Below, one piece after another: positions 1 through 10,438 of a stretch of 64,000 nt of DNA. The position numbers and the translations under genes are program-made. The stretch comes from a virus (taxonomy: Duplodnaviria > Caudoviricetes). The stretch's first letter is position 1. Each line of letters opens with the position of its first letter. The notes beneath the pieces were generated by a model that saw only the letters and a program-made list of their open reading frames with translations, did not search any database and was not told where the DNA came from. Where the stretch lies: positions 32,001-96,000 of the IMG/VR virus record IMGVR_UViG_3300033068_001847. The stretch is one strand, 5' to 3'.

Positions 1-2969
1 GTAAATATTAAATTTAATCCATCGGTACTTAATCCAGTAGTATTAGGTAATCCTTGTGTTTCTAAAGCTTTTATGTAATTATAAACTGTAGTATGAGTAT
101 TACCAGATAAGTTCAATTTGAATTTATACGATGGTTTAATTAAATAATCACCATCAGCAAAGCTATAAGCCATTGTTTCGTTAATCTCAACTTCTGGAAG
201 ATAAGTAGGTGTCATTCCAGTAAATGTTTTTGTATGAATTACCGTTGGTTCAAAGAATCTGCTATTAAAATTAAATGGATAAACTGTATATGTAAATTTA
301 TTACCTTCACTTGTTAAAAAGAACTCAGTATTACAATCAAAAATAAAATCAACCTCTTTTGAAGCTTCACTTATGTTATGAATGATAGGTGCTGTTGTTC
401 CAGTAACAATCTTCGAAACCTTCTCCATTGTTAAACATGGTTCACTAATTGAAATAATATCACTATCAATAAATGGTTTAACTCTTAAGATACCTATCTG
501 TTCTGTATTAACAGGTGGTAACGGTGGTGTTGGTGGATCTTCACCTCCCCCATCAGGATTAGGTTCTTCAGGGAAATTTAAATTACTGGTATAAGTAGTG
601 TCAACTTTAGCAAAATCCTCAACATTGAAAATGTATGGTAGGTTAATATTACCTTTTGTATCTACAGTACTTACACTAATATCAGTATTTGCTAACTGTT
701 CAGTTTCAAATTCTGACCCATCATTTTCACCTTGTTTGTAATCAAACTTCTGGCGATCAAATATAGTATTCTTATAAACTACGCCACCTTGCCAAATAGT
801 TGTACTTGGTACAAACTGTTCAACTAGATTAATCCAGAAATCACCAATTTGTTCAATGAATTTAATAACCTTATTAGTATCTAATTTCTTATCACTAACA
901 GCATAATAATCTTCATATAATTTTTTAAGAGTCGGATAACCATTACCATAAGTTTCAATTACCTTCCTATTTTTAACATTAATAAAATTAGTATATATAA
1001 AGTCTGTATATTCTAAGAATGACATCTTAGTTACATCACCTTGAGTAAACTTATTGCTTGGATATGGTACAGGTAAACCAGAAGGATTAATAACAAATCC
1101 TGTTAATTTATTATACTCATATACATCAGTTTCAACTGGTTTTGCGATATTTAAATAAATTGACGCTTCTTTACTATTTAAAATTAATTTATTATTATCA
1201 GTAGTATATTTAGTTGATCTATCAAGAAGAATATGTGAATTATTATCAATATTCCATGATTTGATATTATCAACAGTACGCTCTAATTCAAATCCTTTAT
1301 TTCCATTAAATTCACTGAAATTTTTAAAATATGAACTACCGCCATCGTAATCTCCAGTATGTATACCAATAACAGATAAAAAGTTTTTATCATTAGTAGG
1401 TACAATTTCTTTCTTTGCTGTCCATCCACCCTTCATTTGGAAATAATTATCTGTAGTATTTATTACAGGTTTTGGATATCCCTCAGCATCAAATGGTAGA
1501 TTTAAATCATCATTATTTAAAACCTCATCAACGTTAATTTTATTTTTAGCTATATATACATACTCATTAAAATCAATTAATGATTGTGGTGCTCCAATTA
1601 TTTTGAAAAGAAAATCAATACAATTTCTAGTTCCTTTAGATTTAAATAAAAATGCTGTATTAATAACTAATCTTCTCCATAACTCAATATCAGTTTCCAC
1701 TGGAGTTAAATTCTTAGTTTGACCAGAGAATATAGTTTTAGTATCTTGACCTAAAAAAGATTTCATAAGATCTCGCTCATTCACAGTTGAGAATGTTCCC
1801 CAACCTAAAGTTCTTGCGAAATTCTTCACTAAAACATCAGGCATGTTATCCTTTTTATCGTATGACGTTGTTGATAAATGAGCTAAACCATCAATGTATT
1901 TTTTGATTTCATCGAATTGATATCCGTAGATTTTTAATAACTTATCAACTTTCTTTTCCTCAGTATCGAATTCTTTTATTGAAGATGCTGTAAGGTAACG
2001 TGCAATTAAATTTGTTTTATAATCATCATACTCCTTAGCTAATTTAATTAGTGATTCACTATACTGCTCGAATTCATACGTATCATAATCTAGGTTATAT
2101 CCATCGGTAGTTTTCCAAGTAAAAGTTTCATCAACTAATACTATATTACCTTCATTATCCTCATTAGGTACTTTAAATATTGCACTGTATTTTGGATTAC
2201 TATCTCTGTTTAAAAGATAACTCTGGAAATCATTTAAATTCTTTAGGAAAAGATTGTAGTATTCATAAACAGGTTTAATATGAAATGTTTTTAAAGCTGT
2301 AGAAGTTACACCAGTAAATACATTACCCTTAACTGTTAAATAGATATAATTATCATTTACATCCTGACCAGTAAATTCAACAATTGGATATTCAGTATCT
2401 GAATACCACACCACGTATTTACTGAATGAAGTACTTATATTTCTTAAATTTTCACCATTATCTAAAAAGATATTATCGGTTTTATTAAAGCTAAGATTGT
2501 AGTTATTAGTTATAGCATTAACAGGTACTTTGAAAGTAGCTTTTTCACTATTTACATCATAATTGTAATCTAATACCGTTAACAATACATCATTAAATTC
2601 ATTATTAACAAATAATGAAGCAGGGAATTTTGAAACGATCTCAGTAATGTTGGTTTGGATATTATCCTTTAAAGATCCAAAGTATGAGAAATTAGTAAGA
2701 CTGCTCTTATCAAAATTTAACTCAACGCTGGTTAAAGAACTTTGAATATCTAATTCCGTTTTCTGATCCCTAACTATATCATCAATAGTCACGGGTTGTG
2801 AAAAACTATCAATATACTGATAAATGTTTCTTACATTTCTTTCTTCTAAGTTGGTTTTAATAGAGAAAAAGTCTCCACCTAAAGTAAAAAGATCAGTCCC
2901 TTTAGAGACACCAGTTTTTTTACTAAAGAATTGTTCATCAAAATCAGATCTTCCGTTAATTAAGCCCAT
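1..2969 (-). CDS. Large baseplate wedge/tail structural protein (gp7/tail protein I-like), C-terminus runs off the left edge
   Basis: Not in the ORF track because it has no stop in the window. ATG at 2969 overlaps the upstream stop (TAATG) and begins MGLINGRSDFDEQFFSKK. The frame was open wherever I spot-checked. Contains LFKSKGTRNCIDFLFKIIGAP, a K-x-K-G-T motif typical of baseplate wedge proteins. Confidence 0.7.
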   Translation of the reverse strand, partial: MGLINGRSDFDEQFFSKKTGVSKGTDLFTLGGDFFSIKTNLEERNVRNIYQYIDSFSQPVTIDDIVRDQKTELDIQSSLTSVELNFDKSSLTNFSYFGSLKDNIQTNITEIVSKFPASLFVNNEFNDVLLTVLDYNYDVNSEKATFKVPVNAITNNYNLSFNKTDNIFLDNGENLRNISTSFSKYVVWYSDTEYPIVEFTGQDVNDNYIYLTVKGNVFTGVTSTALKTFHIKPVYEYYNLFLKNLNDFQSYLLNRDSNPKYSAIFKVPNEDNEGNIVLVDETFTWKTTDGYNLDYDTYEFEQYSESLIKLAKEYDDYKTNLIARYLTASSIKEFDTEEKKVDKLLKIYGYQFDEIKKYIDGLAHLSTTSYDKKDNMPDVLVKNFARTLGWGTFSTVNERDLMKSFLGQDTKTIFSGQTKNLTPVETDIELWRRLVINTAFLFKSKGTRNCIDFLFKIIGAPQSLIDFNEYVYIAKNKINVDEVLNNDDLNLPFDAEGYPKPVINTTDNYFQMKGGWTAKKEIVPTNDKNFLSVIGIHTGDYDGGSSYFKNFSEFNGNKGFELERTVDNIKSWNIDNNSHILLDRSTKYTTDNNKLILNSKEASIYLNIAKPVETDVYEYNKLTGFVINPSGLPVPYPSNKFTQGDVTKMSFLEYTDFIYTNFINVKNRKVIETYGNGYPTLKKLYEDYYAVSDKKLDTNKVIKFIEQIGDFWINLVEQFVPSTTIWQGGVVYKNTIFDRQKFDYKQGENDGSEFETEQLANTDISVSTVDTKGNINLPYIFNVEDFAKVDTTYTSNLNFPEEPNPDGGGEDPPTPPLPPVNTEQIGILRVKPFIDSDIISISEPCLTMEKVSKIVTGTTAPIIHNISEASKEVDFIFDCNTEFFLTSEGNKFTYTVYPFNFNSRFFEPTVIHTKTFTGMTPTYLPEVEINETMAYSFADGDYLIKPSYKFKLNLSGNTHTTVYNYIKALETQGLPNTTGLSTDGLNLIF

Positions 2970-3874
2970 TAAATATTTAAGTTATTAAATAACTCATTGA
3001 AATCTTCAGAATCTGTATTATCAATTTCCATTTTAATCTTCTGAGTTATTTTACCAAATTCATCCTTTTCAGTTAATAAGTTGTATTTTTTGTACACTTC
3101 TTTATTATCATCCGCAGTATATACCATTAATTCACCATCTTGCGTTTCAACTTGGTTACCATATATTCCATGTTTAAGAGTTTCTAAAGTAGTATCTACC
3201 ATTTCGATCTCTAACATTATTGGGTTGAAGAAAGTATTATAAATAAGTATCTCTTGACCTACCTCACCAATAAATGGAGAAACTGTAGGTTTTATGTTTG
3301 AAACCGCACTAGGTGTAAGTGTTAAAAACAATAGATTAGATACATCATTAAATCTATACCTTACTGACTTCTGGTTTGTATTTGTTAAATTCTCACTAAT
3401 AGGCTCACATCTATTTGATGAAGTAACTATTCTGAAAGTATTAGGAATTTTATTACCTGTAACTGTATCTATATATTCAATTCTATATCCATCTAAACCA
3501 CCGTTTACAAGAATTGAAACATAACTTGAGAGAGAAACATCGTTTACATCCAATACTATACCTCTGATATCAGGACGTGCTGATAAGACACCATTATCAA
3601 TAATTTTAGTTTTGATAACTTTAGGTGTGATCACAATATTATATATACCTAAATTCGAAAATTCATTAGCAGGTAATTTAAGGTTATATAAACCACCCAA
3701 AACATCATCACTGTCCGAATGTTTAACTGGCGTTAGAACAACGCTAGGATCAAGCCTAGATGCCTTTAAATCAGTTGTAATAACATCTCTTCCTTGTATG
3801 TATGTGTAAAATATATCAATATCGTTAATATTAACGTCTGCTAATCTTACACTGCCGTATGTTCCATTATTCAT
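2969..3874 (-). CDS. Hypothetical virion/baseplate-region protein (301 aa)
   Basis: Long ORF in the structural operon with a TATTTATA motif upstream. Confidence 0.6.
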   Translation of the reverse strand: MNNGTYGSVRLADVNINDIDIFYTYIQGRDVITTDLKASRLDPSVVLTPVKHSDSDDVLGGLYNLKLPANEFSNLGIYNIVITPKVIKTKIIDNGVLSARPDIRGIVLDVNDVSLSSYVSILVNGGLDGYRIEYIDTVTGNKIPNTFRIVTSSNRCEPISENLTNTNQKSVRYRFNDVSNLLFLTLTPSAVSNIKPTVSPFIGEVGQEILIYNTFFNPIMLEIEMVDTTLETLKHGIYGNQVETQDGELMVYTADDNKEVYKKYNLLTEKDEFGKITQKIKMEIDNTDSEDFNELFNNLNI

Positions 3875-3888
3875 TTCTCTTCTATTTT

Positions 3889-3896
3889 TATAAATA
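3889..3896 (-). promoter_or_regulatory. Putative late promoter motif TATTTATA (representative of about 15 intergenic copies)
   Basis: Plus-strand TATAAATA starts at 3889, 8094, 12623, 15871, 31240, 31778, 34797, 42491, 43241, 47841, 49804, 52221, 53159, 55523 and 62852, each shortly upstream of a minus-strand ATG. Confidence 0.7.
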
Positions 3897-3903
3897 TTAT
3901 AAT

Positions 3904-4425
3904 TTACAAAGTTTGGTCATAAACTTTATAATAATTATTTCCAAATCCGTAGATCTCATCAGGTGTACCAATCTGTTGAAGTTTACTAAAACTTTCAATC
4001 ACACTTATGTTTGATCGTTCAATATCAATTTCATTATCAGCAATTACTTTATCAGCTAATCCAATGTTTTGATCTGTTCTTACAAAATTGTTTTTAATGT
4101 AATTATCATCTTGTTTTATTATACTAAATGTAGTTTCATTGGTGACTAAATTTGTTTCATATGTTACATCAGCTATTACATATTGTACTGATGTTGCTGT
4201 AACCTTAGTTACTCCATTAACTCCAACTATATAAGGTGTGTTATAATCATAACTTCTTACATCAGCTAGTTTACTTTCAACATTACCAGTTAACGTGGAT
4301 GTTATTTTTTGTATCGTTGTATTTTCAGACAAATCCTCAGCTAAACCTAAATTTTTAATATTTTGAGTCAAAAATAAATTGAATGATAAATTATTTACCG
4401 TTGTTACTTTTTTTATTACTTCCAT
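3904..4425 (-). CDS. Hypothetical virion protein (173 aa)
   Basis: Translationally coupled ORF in the baseplate operon. Confidence 0.55.
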   Translation of the reverse strand: MEVIKKVTTVNNLSFNLFLTQNIKNLGLAEDLSENTTIQKITSTLTGNVESKLADVRSYDYNTPYIVGVNGVTKVTATSVQYVIADVTYETNLVTNETTFSIIKQDDNYIKNNFVRTDQNIGLADKVIADNEIDIERSNISVIESFSKLQQIGTPDEIYGFGNNYYKVYDQTL

Positions 4426-5144
4426 TATGTTACAACTACTTCTTTAAAATATATATTATCAACTAATACACCATTTACATAAAATCCATAAGTAAAGTCT
4501 TTAAAAAACCTCACTTCCGAATAATATAAACTGTCATTGAACTCCCCGCTATTTAATACAGTATTATTATTATCTTTATCTAATATAAAATAGTGTGCTT
4601 TACCTGTTTTAGCATTTAAGAACATAGCTTTCATATACATTGGTGAATAATCCTCACCAGCAAATGATTTAATATTTTCAAAATTTGAAAAATTTCTATG
4701 ATTATATAAAAAATATAATTCATTTAAAGGATTATTAACAGTAAAGGTTGATGATATTATTCCCGTTAATATATCACACCCCTTTTTACTTTTTTCATTT
4801 GGATAAACAGATAAGGTTTGAGAAAATTTTCTACTCTTATCCGTATCATTAATATAGAACTCCAATAAAAACATGGACTTCTTAAATACATTCTTTTTAA
4901 AGTCCTCACTATTATTGAAACCTGCATATGCGAAATCGGTTAAGTAACTATTTTTATAAAATTTAAAAAATAATTTGTAATCGTTTTTAGGTTTATATGA
5001 TTCTTTTTCAAGATTAAAATTTTCATTTATTTCGACTTCAAAATCATCATTTTCTGAAAAGTATTTTTTATCTATATCAGATGTATCAAAAGAAATTCTT
5101 ACTTCTTTATCATGTTCGCTTTGTAATATTTTATATCTTAACAT
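4425..5144 (-). CDS. Hypothetical protein (239 aa)
   Basis: ORF overlapping both neighbours in the operon. Confidence 0.55.
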   Translation of the reverse strand: MLRYKILQSEHDKEVRISFDTSDIDKKYFSENDDFEVEINENFNLEKESYKPKNDYKLFFKFYKNSYLTDFAYAGFNNSEDFKKNVFKKSMFLLEFYINDTDKSRKFSQTLSVYPNEKSKKGCDILTGIISSTFTVNNPLNELYFLYNHRNFSNFENIKSFAGEDYSPMYMKAMFLNAKTGKAHYFILDKDNNNTVLNSGEFNDSLYYSEVRFFKDFTYGFYVNGVLVDNIYFKEVVVT

Positions 5145-6316
5145 AATCTTTTTGTATTGACTTCATCATTTACTAAATCATCAGCAAATTGATCATTGTT
5201 AAACGGTAATAAATTTTTATAGTCTGCTGCCGTTAATAGCGGTACAACTCTTCGTACAAAAAATTTAATATCTTTATACAAATAATGTAACTTATTAATA
5301 AATGGATAGTCCATACCGTTACTATTTTCGAAGTAACCTATATCCAAAATTTCTTTATAAATAACATCTCCATTATTAAAAACAAAACTATAATCAGGAT
5401 AATCAAATAAATTATCTTTATTACTATCTGTTACCACTTCTGAAGTTATTTTAAATTCAAACTCCATGAAAGGTTTAATATAAAGATCAACACCATCTTT
5501 ATTCATTACATAACTAATTTCTTTTAATTTAGAAATAGTTAGAGTATTCAAGTCAAACTCTACCAAGTCAATTAACTCAGGATCTGATACGATCTCTGTT
5601 CCAAATTCCTTATCATAATATTTTTTAAAACTATTTGGTTTGGCTTTAAGGTATAATGAAGTTATCGGTATATTAAAATTATTTTTTAATCCTTCGATGT
5701 TTATATTTTTAAATGTATTGAATTGAAATATTTGATTACCGTAAATGTTAGTAGAGTACGCTGAATTATATACTTTAAGATAATTAGTAGAATAAATTTC
5801 TTTAAAAAATCTTTTGTACTTACAAACTGAAGGAACAATCTTATGATTAGATGTTATTCCGTCTATACTATCTAATTTTAATTTAAATGTTTTATTAATT
5901 TCCTGTACTCCTAAAACTCTATTAGTTGTAAACTTTCCTAATCTGTAGATTAACACTACATCATTAATCTGGAACTTGGTATCAACTAATACAGAATCAC
6001 TAGATACACTTTTTATGATAATCATATCACTTTCCACAGGTAGAAGTTGGTCAATATATCCTACAGAGATTGTGTAATTATTTGTATTTAAATTATAAGA
6101 ATCACCAGCAAGATCATCAGCTAAAGTTTCTATCTTACCATAAAGCAAGTAATCCTTTGCTTCATTACGTTCTAAGTTGAATTGTTTCAACTCATTAATA
6201 GTCTTACTTATGATTGAGTTTTGATAAAAATTCTTAGTATCATCCAATTGAATTGATACTTGATAATCCTTATCAACCGCTTTTAAATATTCCTTGCGTC
6301 CTAATATTAATTTCAT
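5138..6316 (-). CDS. Hypothetical virion protein (392 aa)
   Basis: Long ORF coupled to its neighbours. Confidence 0.55.
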   Translation of the reverse strand: MKLILGRKEYLKAVDKDYQVSIQLDDTKNFYQNSIISKTINELKQFNLERNEAKDYLLYGKIETLADDLAGDSYNLNTNNYTISVGYIDQLLPVESDMIIIKSVSSDSVLVDTKFQINDVVLIYRLGKFTTNRVLGVQEINKTFKLKLDSIDGITSNHKIVPSVCKYKRFFKEIYSTNYLKVYNSAYSTNIYGNQIFQFNTFKNINIEGLKNNFNIPITSLYLKAKPNSFKKYYDKEFGTEIVSDPELIDLVEFDLNTLTISKLKEISYVMNKDGVDLYIKPFMEFEFKITSEVVTDSNKDNLFDYPDYSFVFNNGDVIYKEILDIGYFENSNGMDYPFINKLHYLYKDIKFFVRRVVPLLTAADYKNLLPFNNDQFADDLVNDEVNTKRLC

Positions 6317-8061
6317 CTAACTATATTCGTTTTTAAAATCTTAAAATTATTAATATCGTTTCTTAACCCTAACAGAAATATTAAGTTGTTACTTCTTGAT
6401 GGTGCTGATTTAGCAGGTGCTGTTGTATTAACAAACCTAATATCTGAAGAAGGTACTTCTAAATAATGTTTAAGAGTATCGTTAACCAGTACTTCTAAAT
6501 AATCTGTAATATCTATAAATCTAGTTTCCATTTTATAGAATCTTCGATCTAATTCATATAAAAGGTTACTTGGTAAATAAGTTTCTTTACTTTTCTGGTC
6601 ACCATCACCCATCTTACCAAAATATAAAAAACAGTTAATCCAATCCTGACCATCGAAATTAAAATTAGGATAATTAACTACATTTACATCAGATGTTTTT
6701 CTGATAGCATACGGGTATGAGGAATCCAAGTGCGGTGAGAATTTCATTGAAGCACTATAGGTTCTGTATCTTGAAAAGATAAAAGGTTGTTTAGTTACGT
6801 CCTGACCTTGATTTTGTATCATATAACTCCAATATGAAGCATAATCAGGAATTGTTCCATCATCTAACAAAACTTGAATACTATATCTACCTGTAGTTCC
6901 AATACCTTTATTATCATCAACAGAGGGGATTTTATCACCAAATTCATCAGTAATAAATTTATCCTGATCACATGGTAAGTAAACTATTAAAGTACCTAGT
7001 TTACTAGTATTTGTTGTTGTTATTATTTTAATAGAATCACTTTCTTCACCTTTGGTTAAGCCTTTATCCCATTTCAAAACTTTTAGATATGGTTCACCTA
7101 AATTAGTACCATCACCATCAGTTACACACGGGAATAAATGATTCATTTTACTTGGTAAATACTTATCGTTACCACTAAACAAGTTATCGGCTGTAACACC
7201 GTTTCTCCTGCCATTATATAACATTAAATAAGTATTATCTTCAATTACCTGTCCTGTTTTACGATCAACGTATTTATCAATTCCGTAATTAACAACAAAT
7301 GTGGCTGTAGGACTTGCTGTAATTGATATTTTGAAATCATACCTAGTAATACCAATCTCGTTTTCTTCAACGTTACCCCATAATGGTTTAACGTCAATGG
7401 TTGTATTTTGCATTACTATTTGAGGAAGTGTTTCTAAATCATTACTCTCCAAAAACTCATAACTATTTGTACCTGTTTTGTTAAATAATTTTTCTGAAAT
7501 ACCTGAAGCAATTAAGTCATTAGGTCGGAAACTTAGCTCACCTATATTTGATAAATCTAAATCCATGTGAAGTCCTGTACTACCAACAGGTAATCCAAAA
7601 ATCATATAATCTCCAGATCCATTTGTTTTAGTTGTAAACTTATAATATTTTTCGTAGATTTCTAAATAAGTATCATTATCCAAGAATTGTTGTTTACTTG
7701 GAAAACTACCTACCTTCATATCTGTAGTAGGTGTGATTAGGTTGTAAGATATACCTACTTTATTTTTATCATAAATTTCAGTATAAGGATAAATACTAGA
7801 TATTAATGAATTATTAACATCTTCATCACTGATTGGTATAAATACAGAAACATTAGCATTAGGGATACCTAATCCATCATTTGCAATTACTCGACCTACT
7901 AGAACTCCGTAGTCGGCTGTGAAATTACGATAGAAATCTTCTTGTTCAATTTTTAAAGACAATATCTCTAAATAATCAAAGTTCTGATCTAACTTGATAT
8001 TTAAATATTTATCTTCCCCACCGGGAGTTGTACGAATTCGAAATGATTTTTTTTCCATCAT
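6313..8061 (-). CDS. Structural protein with N-terminal carboxypeptidase-regulatory/Ig-like domain
   Basis: GVLVGRVIANDGLGIPNANVSVF...TTKTNGSGDYMIFGLPVG is the pattern of carboxypeptidase-regulatory-like beta-sandwiches; baseplate operon context. Confidence 0.55.
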   Translation of the reverse strand: MMEKKSFRIRTTPGGEDKYLNIKLDQNFDYLEILSLKIEQEDFYRNFTADYGVLVGRVIANDGLGIPNANVSVFIPISDEDVNNSLISSIYPYTEIYDKNKVGISYNLITPTTDMKVGSFPSKQQFLDNDTYLEIYEKYYKFTTKTNGSGDYMIFGLPVGSTGLHMDLDLSNIGELSFRPNDLIASGISEKLFNKTGTNSYEFLESNDLETLPQIVMQNTTIDVKPLWGNVEENEIGITRYDFKISITASPTATFVVNYGIDKYVDRKTGQVIEDNTYLMLYNGRRNGVTADNLFSGNDKYLPSKMNHLFPCVTDGDGTNLGEPYLKVLKWDKGLTKGEESDSIKIITTTNTSKLGTLIVYLPCDQDKFITDEFGDKIPSVDDNKGIGTTGRYSIQVLLDDGTIPDYASYWSYMIQNQGQDVTKQPFIFSRYRTYSASMKFSPHLDSSYPYAIRKTSDVNVVNYPNFNFDGQDWINCFLYFGKMGDGDQKSKETYLPSNLLYELDRRFYKMETRFIDITDYLEVLVNDTLKHYLEVPSSDIRFVNTTAPAKSAPSRSNNLIFLLGLRNDINNFKILKTNIVR

Positions 8062-8108
8062 AAGTAATTGAATATATATTATATCCGATTACTTATAAAT
8101 AGTTAAAT

Positions 8109-8528
8109 TTAGTTTTTGAAGTGTTTACAGTCTTTGTTTACATAGTATATTTTTTCAATAATGGAAGTTTCTACATCTCCTTTATTACTTAATATACCAA
8201 TTTCTTTTAATTGATCATCTAAGACCATTATCAATTCCTGTAATTCTATATATTCTTCATGATTAACATACTCGTCTGTCATCTTTAATAGATTTTCATA
8301 ATGAAGCTTAATATTTAAAAGGGTGAGTGATAACTGATACAATCTATGTTTTGTATTATTATTAAAAGTGGTTATGATTAGATCATTTTCTAACATTGTT
8401 TCTAATAATAATTCTTCTTTCTCTTTAATTTGTTTATTTACCAAATCCACTCTTCGTTTAATCATCTTTTTTTGATAAAATGTAAAAATGAGAATTACTA
8501 CGAAAATATAGATTGCGTATTGGTCCAT
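8109..8528 (-). CDS. N-terminally membrane-anchored coiled-coil protein
   Basis: Hydrophobic YAIYIFVVILIFTFY followed by KK and heptad-like helices. Confidence 0.55.
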   Translation of the reverse strand: MDQYAIYIFVVILIFTFYQKKMIKRRVDLVNKQIKEKEELLLETMLENDLIITTFNNNTKHRLYQLSLTLLNIKLHYENLLKMTDEYVNHEEYIELQELIMVLDDQLKEIGILSNKGDVETSIIEKIYYVNKDCKHFKN

Positions 8529-8529
8529 G

Positions 8530-9936
8530 TTAAGTTATTAAATTATCAGTGCGCCCATCTAAAATGATGAAATTAACAGTATCTTTTTTAGTTATAGTTC
8601 CATTACTATGAATTATTATATCCATGTAATAATTTTGTGTGACCATCCATGAAGTATCTAAATAAAAGTAATTTTGATTATATCCTCTATTCACCTTGGT
8701 TTCTGGTATAACATCTATTTTAATATTACCTTGTTTGATGTATATATTATAATATATATTATCAATTATCAAACTATCATTATTAAAAAATTCTTTAGCA
8801 GTTATAATTACTTTTCTTACTTCACCTTTATTAATTCTTTCACCACGTTTTATACCTGTAAAACTAAAAGTAAATTCAGATGGTTCATATATTTCATTAC
8901 CGATATTGAAATAGTTATTATCCTTTAATGTGAAGGTCATATCTACATTAGATAATGTTCTTCCTCCAATTTCTAAACCAGTCCAAACATCAGTAAAATT
9001 CACTAATTCTAATCCATTATAATCTGAAGAAGAAAGTTCTAACTCTACTGAATATACACCCTTACCTTCTTGAGTTACACCAGTTAGTATTAAAATCTGT
9101 TCATCATTCTGATCATAAATTATAACTGATGAAGGTAATTCATCAAGGTTGGTAGGATTTTTATTAACATTAGTATATAAGTATAATTTATTTAATTTAT
9201 CAAAGTAAAATTGATTTCTATCATCCAAAATATTTTCTTCCCAAGTAGTTTCAATAAATGGTTCAAAAAATGTATGTGTATCTTTCCCATAGAAGTTAAC
9301 TCTATAAAAATCTTCAGTAATAAGATCTTCAAACTCCTGCTTAAAAGCTAAACCTAATCCATAAAAGTTACTAGTTCCACTAGTAATTAATTCATTAACA
9401 AACGATGTAATATCTACATTAATATTTTCGTTACCTAAATCAAAATGAATTGTTTCTAATTCGATATATTGATCAGAGGTATTACCTGAAAATATACCTT
9501 CCTCAGTCCAAGTACTTATATTAGTTCTTTGAAACCAGTTTGCTGGAGATGACTTAACATTACCATTTACATCTAATATTGTTCTACCATAATCAAAATC
9601 ATATCCTATACCTTCATCCCATGATTGTGGTACTTGGAATAAAACAAGATCAAATGATGATGCATGATCCTCACTAAATTCTTTTATTCTATGTAATACA
9701 TCAACATTATTAGCAACTGTATTTGTTAAATTTAATGTATGTTTTATATTATTGATAATGGTTTTATCTTCAATCTTTTCTTTAACTTTTTCAATATCAA
9801 ATGAAAAGATACAACGATTATAAAGTTTAGTTGCTCCACCGTAAACTAATTCCATTACTGGATTAAGTCCCGTGTTAACATACTTATCTTTAATAAGCGT
9901 AGTATCTTTAGTAAAATAAGTTCTATATAACCCCAT
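8530..9936 (-). CDS. Virion structural protein, possible DNRLRE/CBM-like N-terminal domain
   Basis: KDTTLIK..NTGLNPVMELVYG..RCIFSFD...QSWDEG pattern; downstream of the baseplate wedge gene. Confidence 0.5.
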   Translation of the reverse strand: MGLYRTYFTKDTTLIKDKYVNTGLNPVMELVYGGATKLYNRCIFSFDIEKVKEKIEDKTIINNIKHTLNLTNTVANNVDVLHRIKEFSEDHASSFDLVLFQVPQSWDEGIGYDFDYGRTILDVNGNVKSSPANWFQRTNISTWTEEGIFSGNTSDQYIELETIHFDLGNENINVDITSFVNELITSGTSNFYGLGLAFKQEFEDLITEDFYRVNFYGKDTHTFFEPFIETTWEENILDDRNQFYFDKLNKLYLYTNVNKNPTNLDELPSSVIIYDQNDEQILILTGVTQEGKGVYSVELELSSSDYNGLELVNFTDVWTGLEIGGRTLSNVDMTFTLKDNNYFNIGNEIYEPSEFTFSFTGIKRGERINKGEVRKVIITAKEFFNNDSLIIDNIYYNIYIKQGNIKIDVIPETKVNRGYNQNYFYLDTSWMVTQNYYMDIIIHSNGTITKKDTVNFIILDGRTDNLIT

Positions 9937-10436
9937 TATTGTATTTTTTTAATATCCTTTATTGTTGATTTATTAAAAATGATAAAATTTTTATATCCTC
10001 TTTCTAATATAATTGCTGCTTGGAAGTTCTTAGCTAACCAGTCAATAACTCCCATTGATTCTTCAATAGCTTCCCACGTATTACTTTGACTTGTTTTGCT
10101 ATTACAGAAGTCTTTAGCGGTCCTGTAATAATCATTATCAGAAGTGAAAACATCAGTATCTACATCAAGATCATAATCATCAAAATACTCTTCTAATTGT
10201 AAATAAGGATCTGCTAATTTAAAACCCTTTGAGTATAGTAATTCAATATGTTTACAGTTAGTAGAATCAAATATCTTAGCAGGATTTAAATCTACTTTAT
10301 ACTCATACTTATGACCATTAGCACCACCGTACACTGCATCATTAGTGAATTTTAAATCAGTAGCTAAAAAAGTGTATGACAGATCTCTTTGAAATCTGTC
10401 ATTATTATTTGATCCTTGGTATAAAGTATATTCCAT
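9936..10436 (-). CDS. Hypothetical protein, possible ADP-ribosyltransferase (ART-PolyVal-like) fold
   Basis: LYQGS..TFLATD..A.YG..YEYKVDL..KIFD and C-terminal AIIL..FIIFNKSTIK resemble phage ART-PolyVal patterns. Confidence 0.4.
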   Translation of the reverse strand: MEYTLYQGSNNNDRFQRDLSYTFLATDLKFTNDAVYGGANGHKYEYKVDLNPAKIFDSTNCKHIELLYSKGFKLADPYLQLEEYFDDYDLDVDTDVFTSDNDYYRTAKDFCNSKTSQSNTWEAIEESMGVIDWLAKNFQAAIILERGYKNFIIFNKSTIKDIKKIQ

Positions 10437-10438
10437 TA

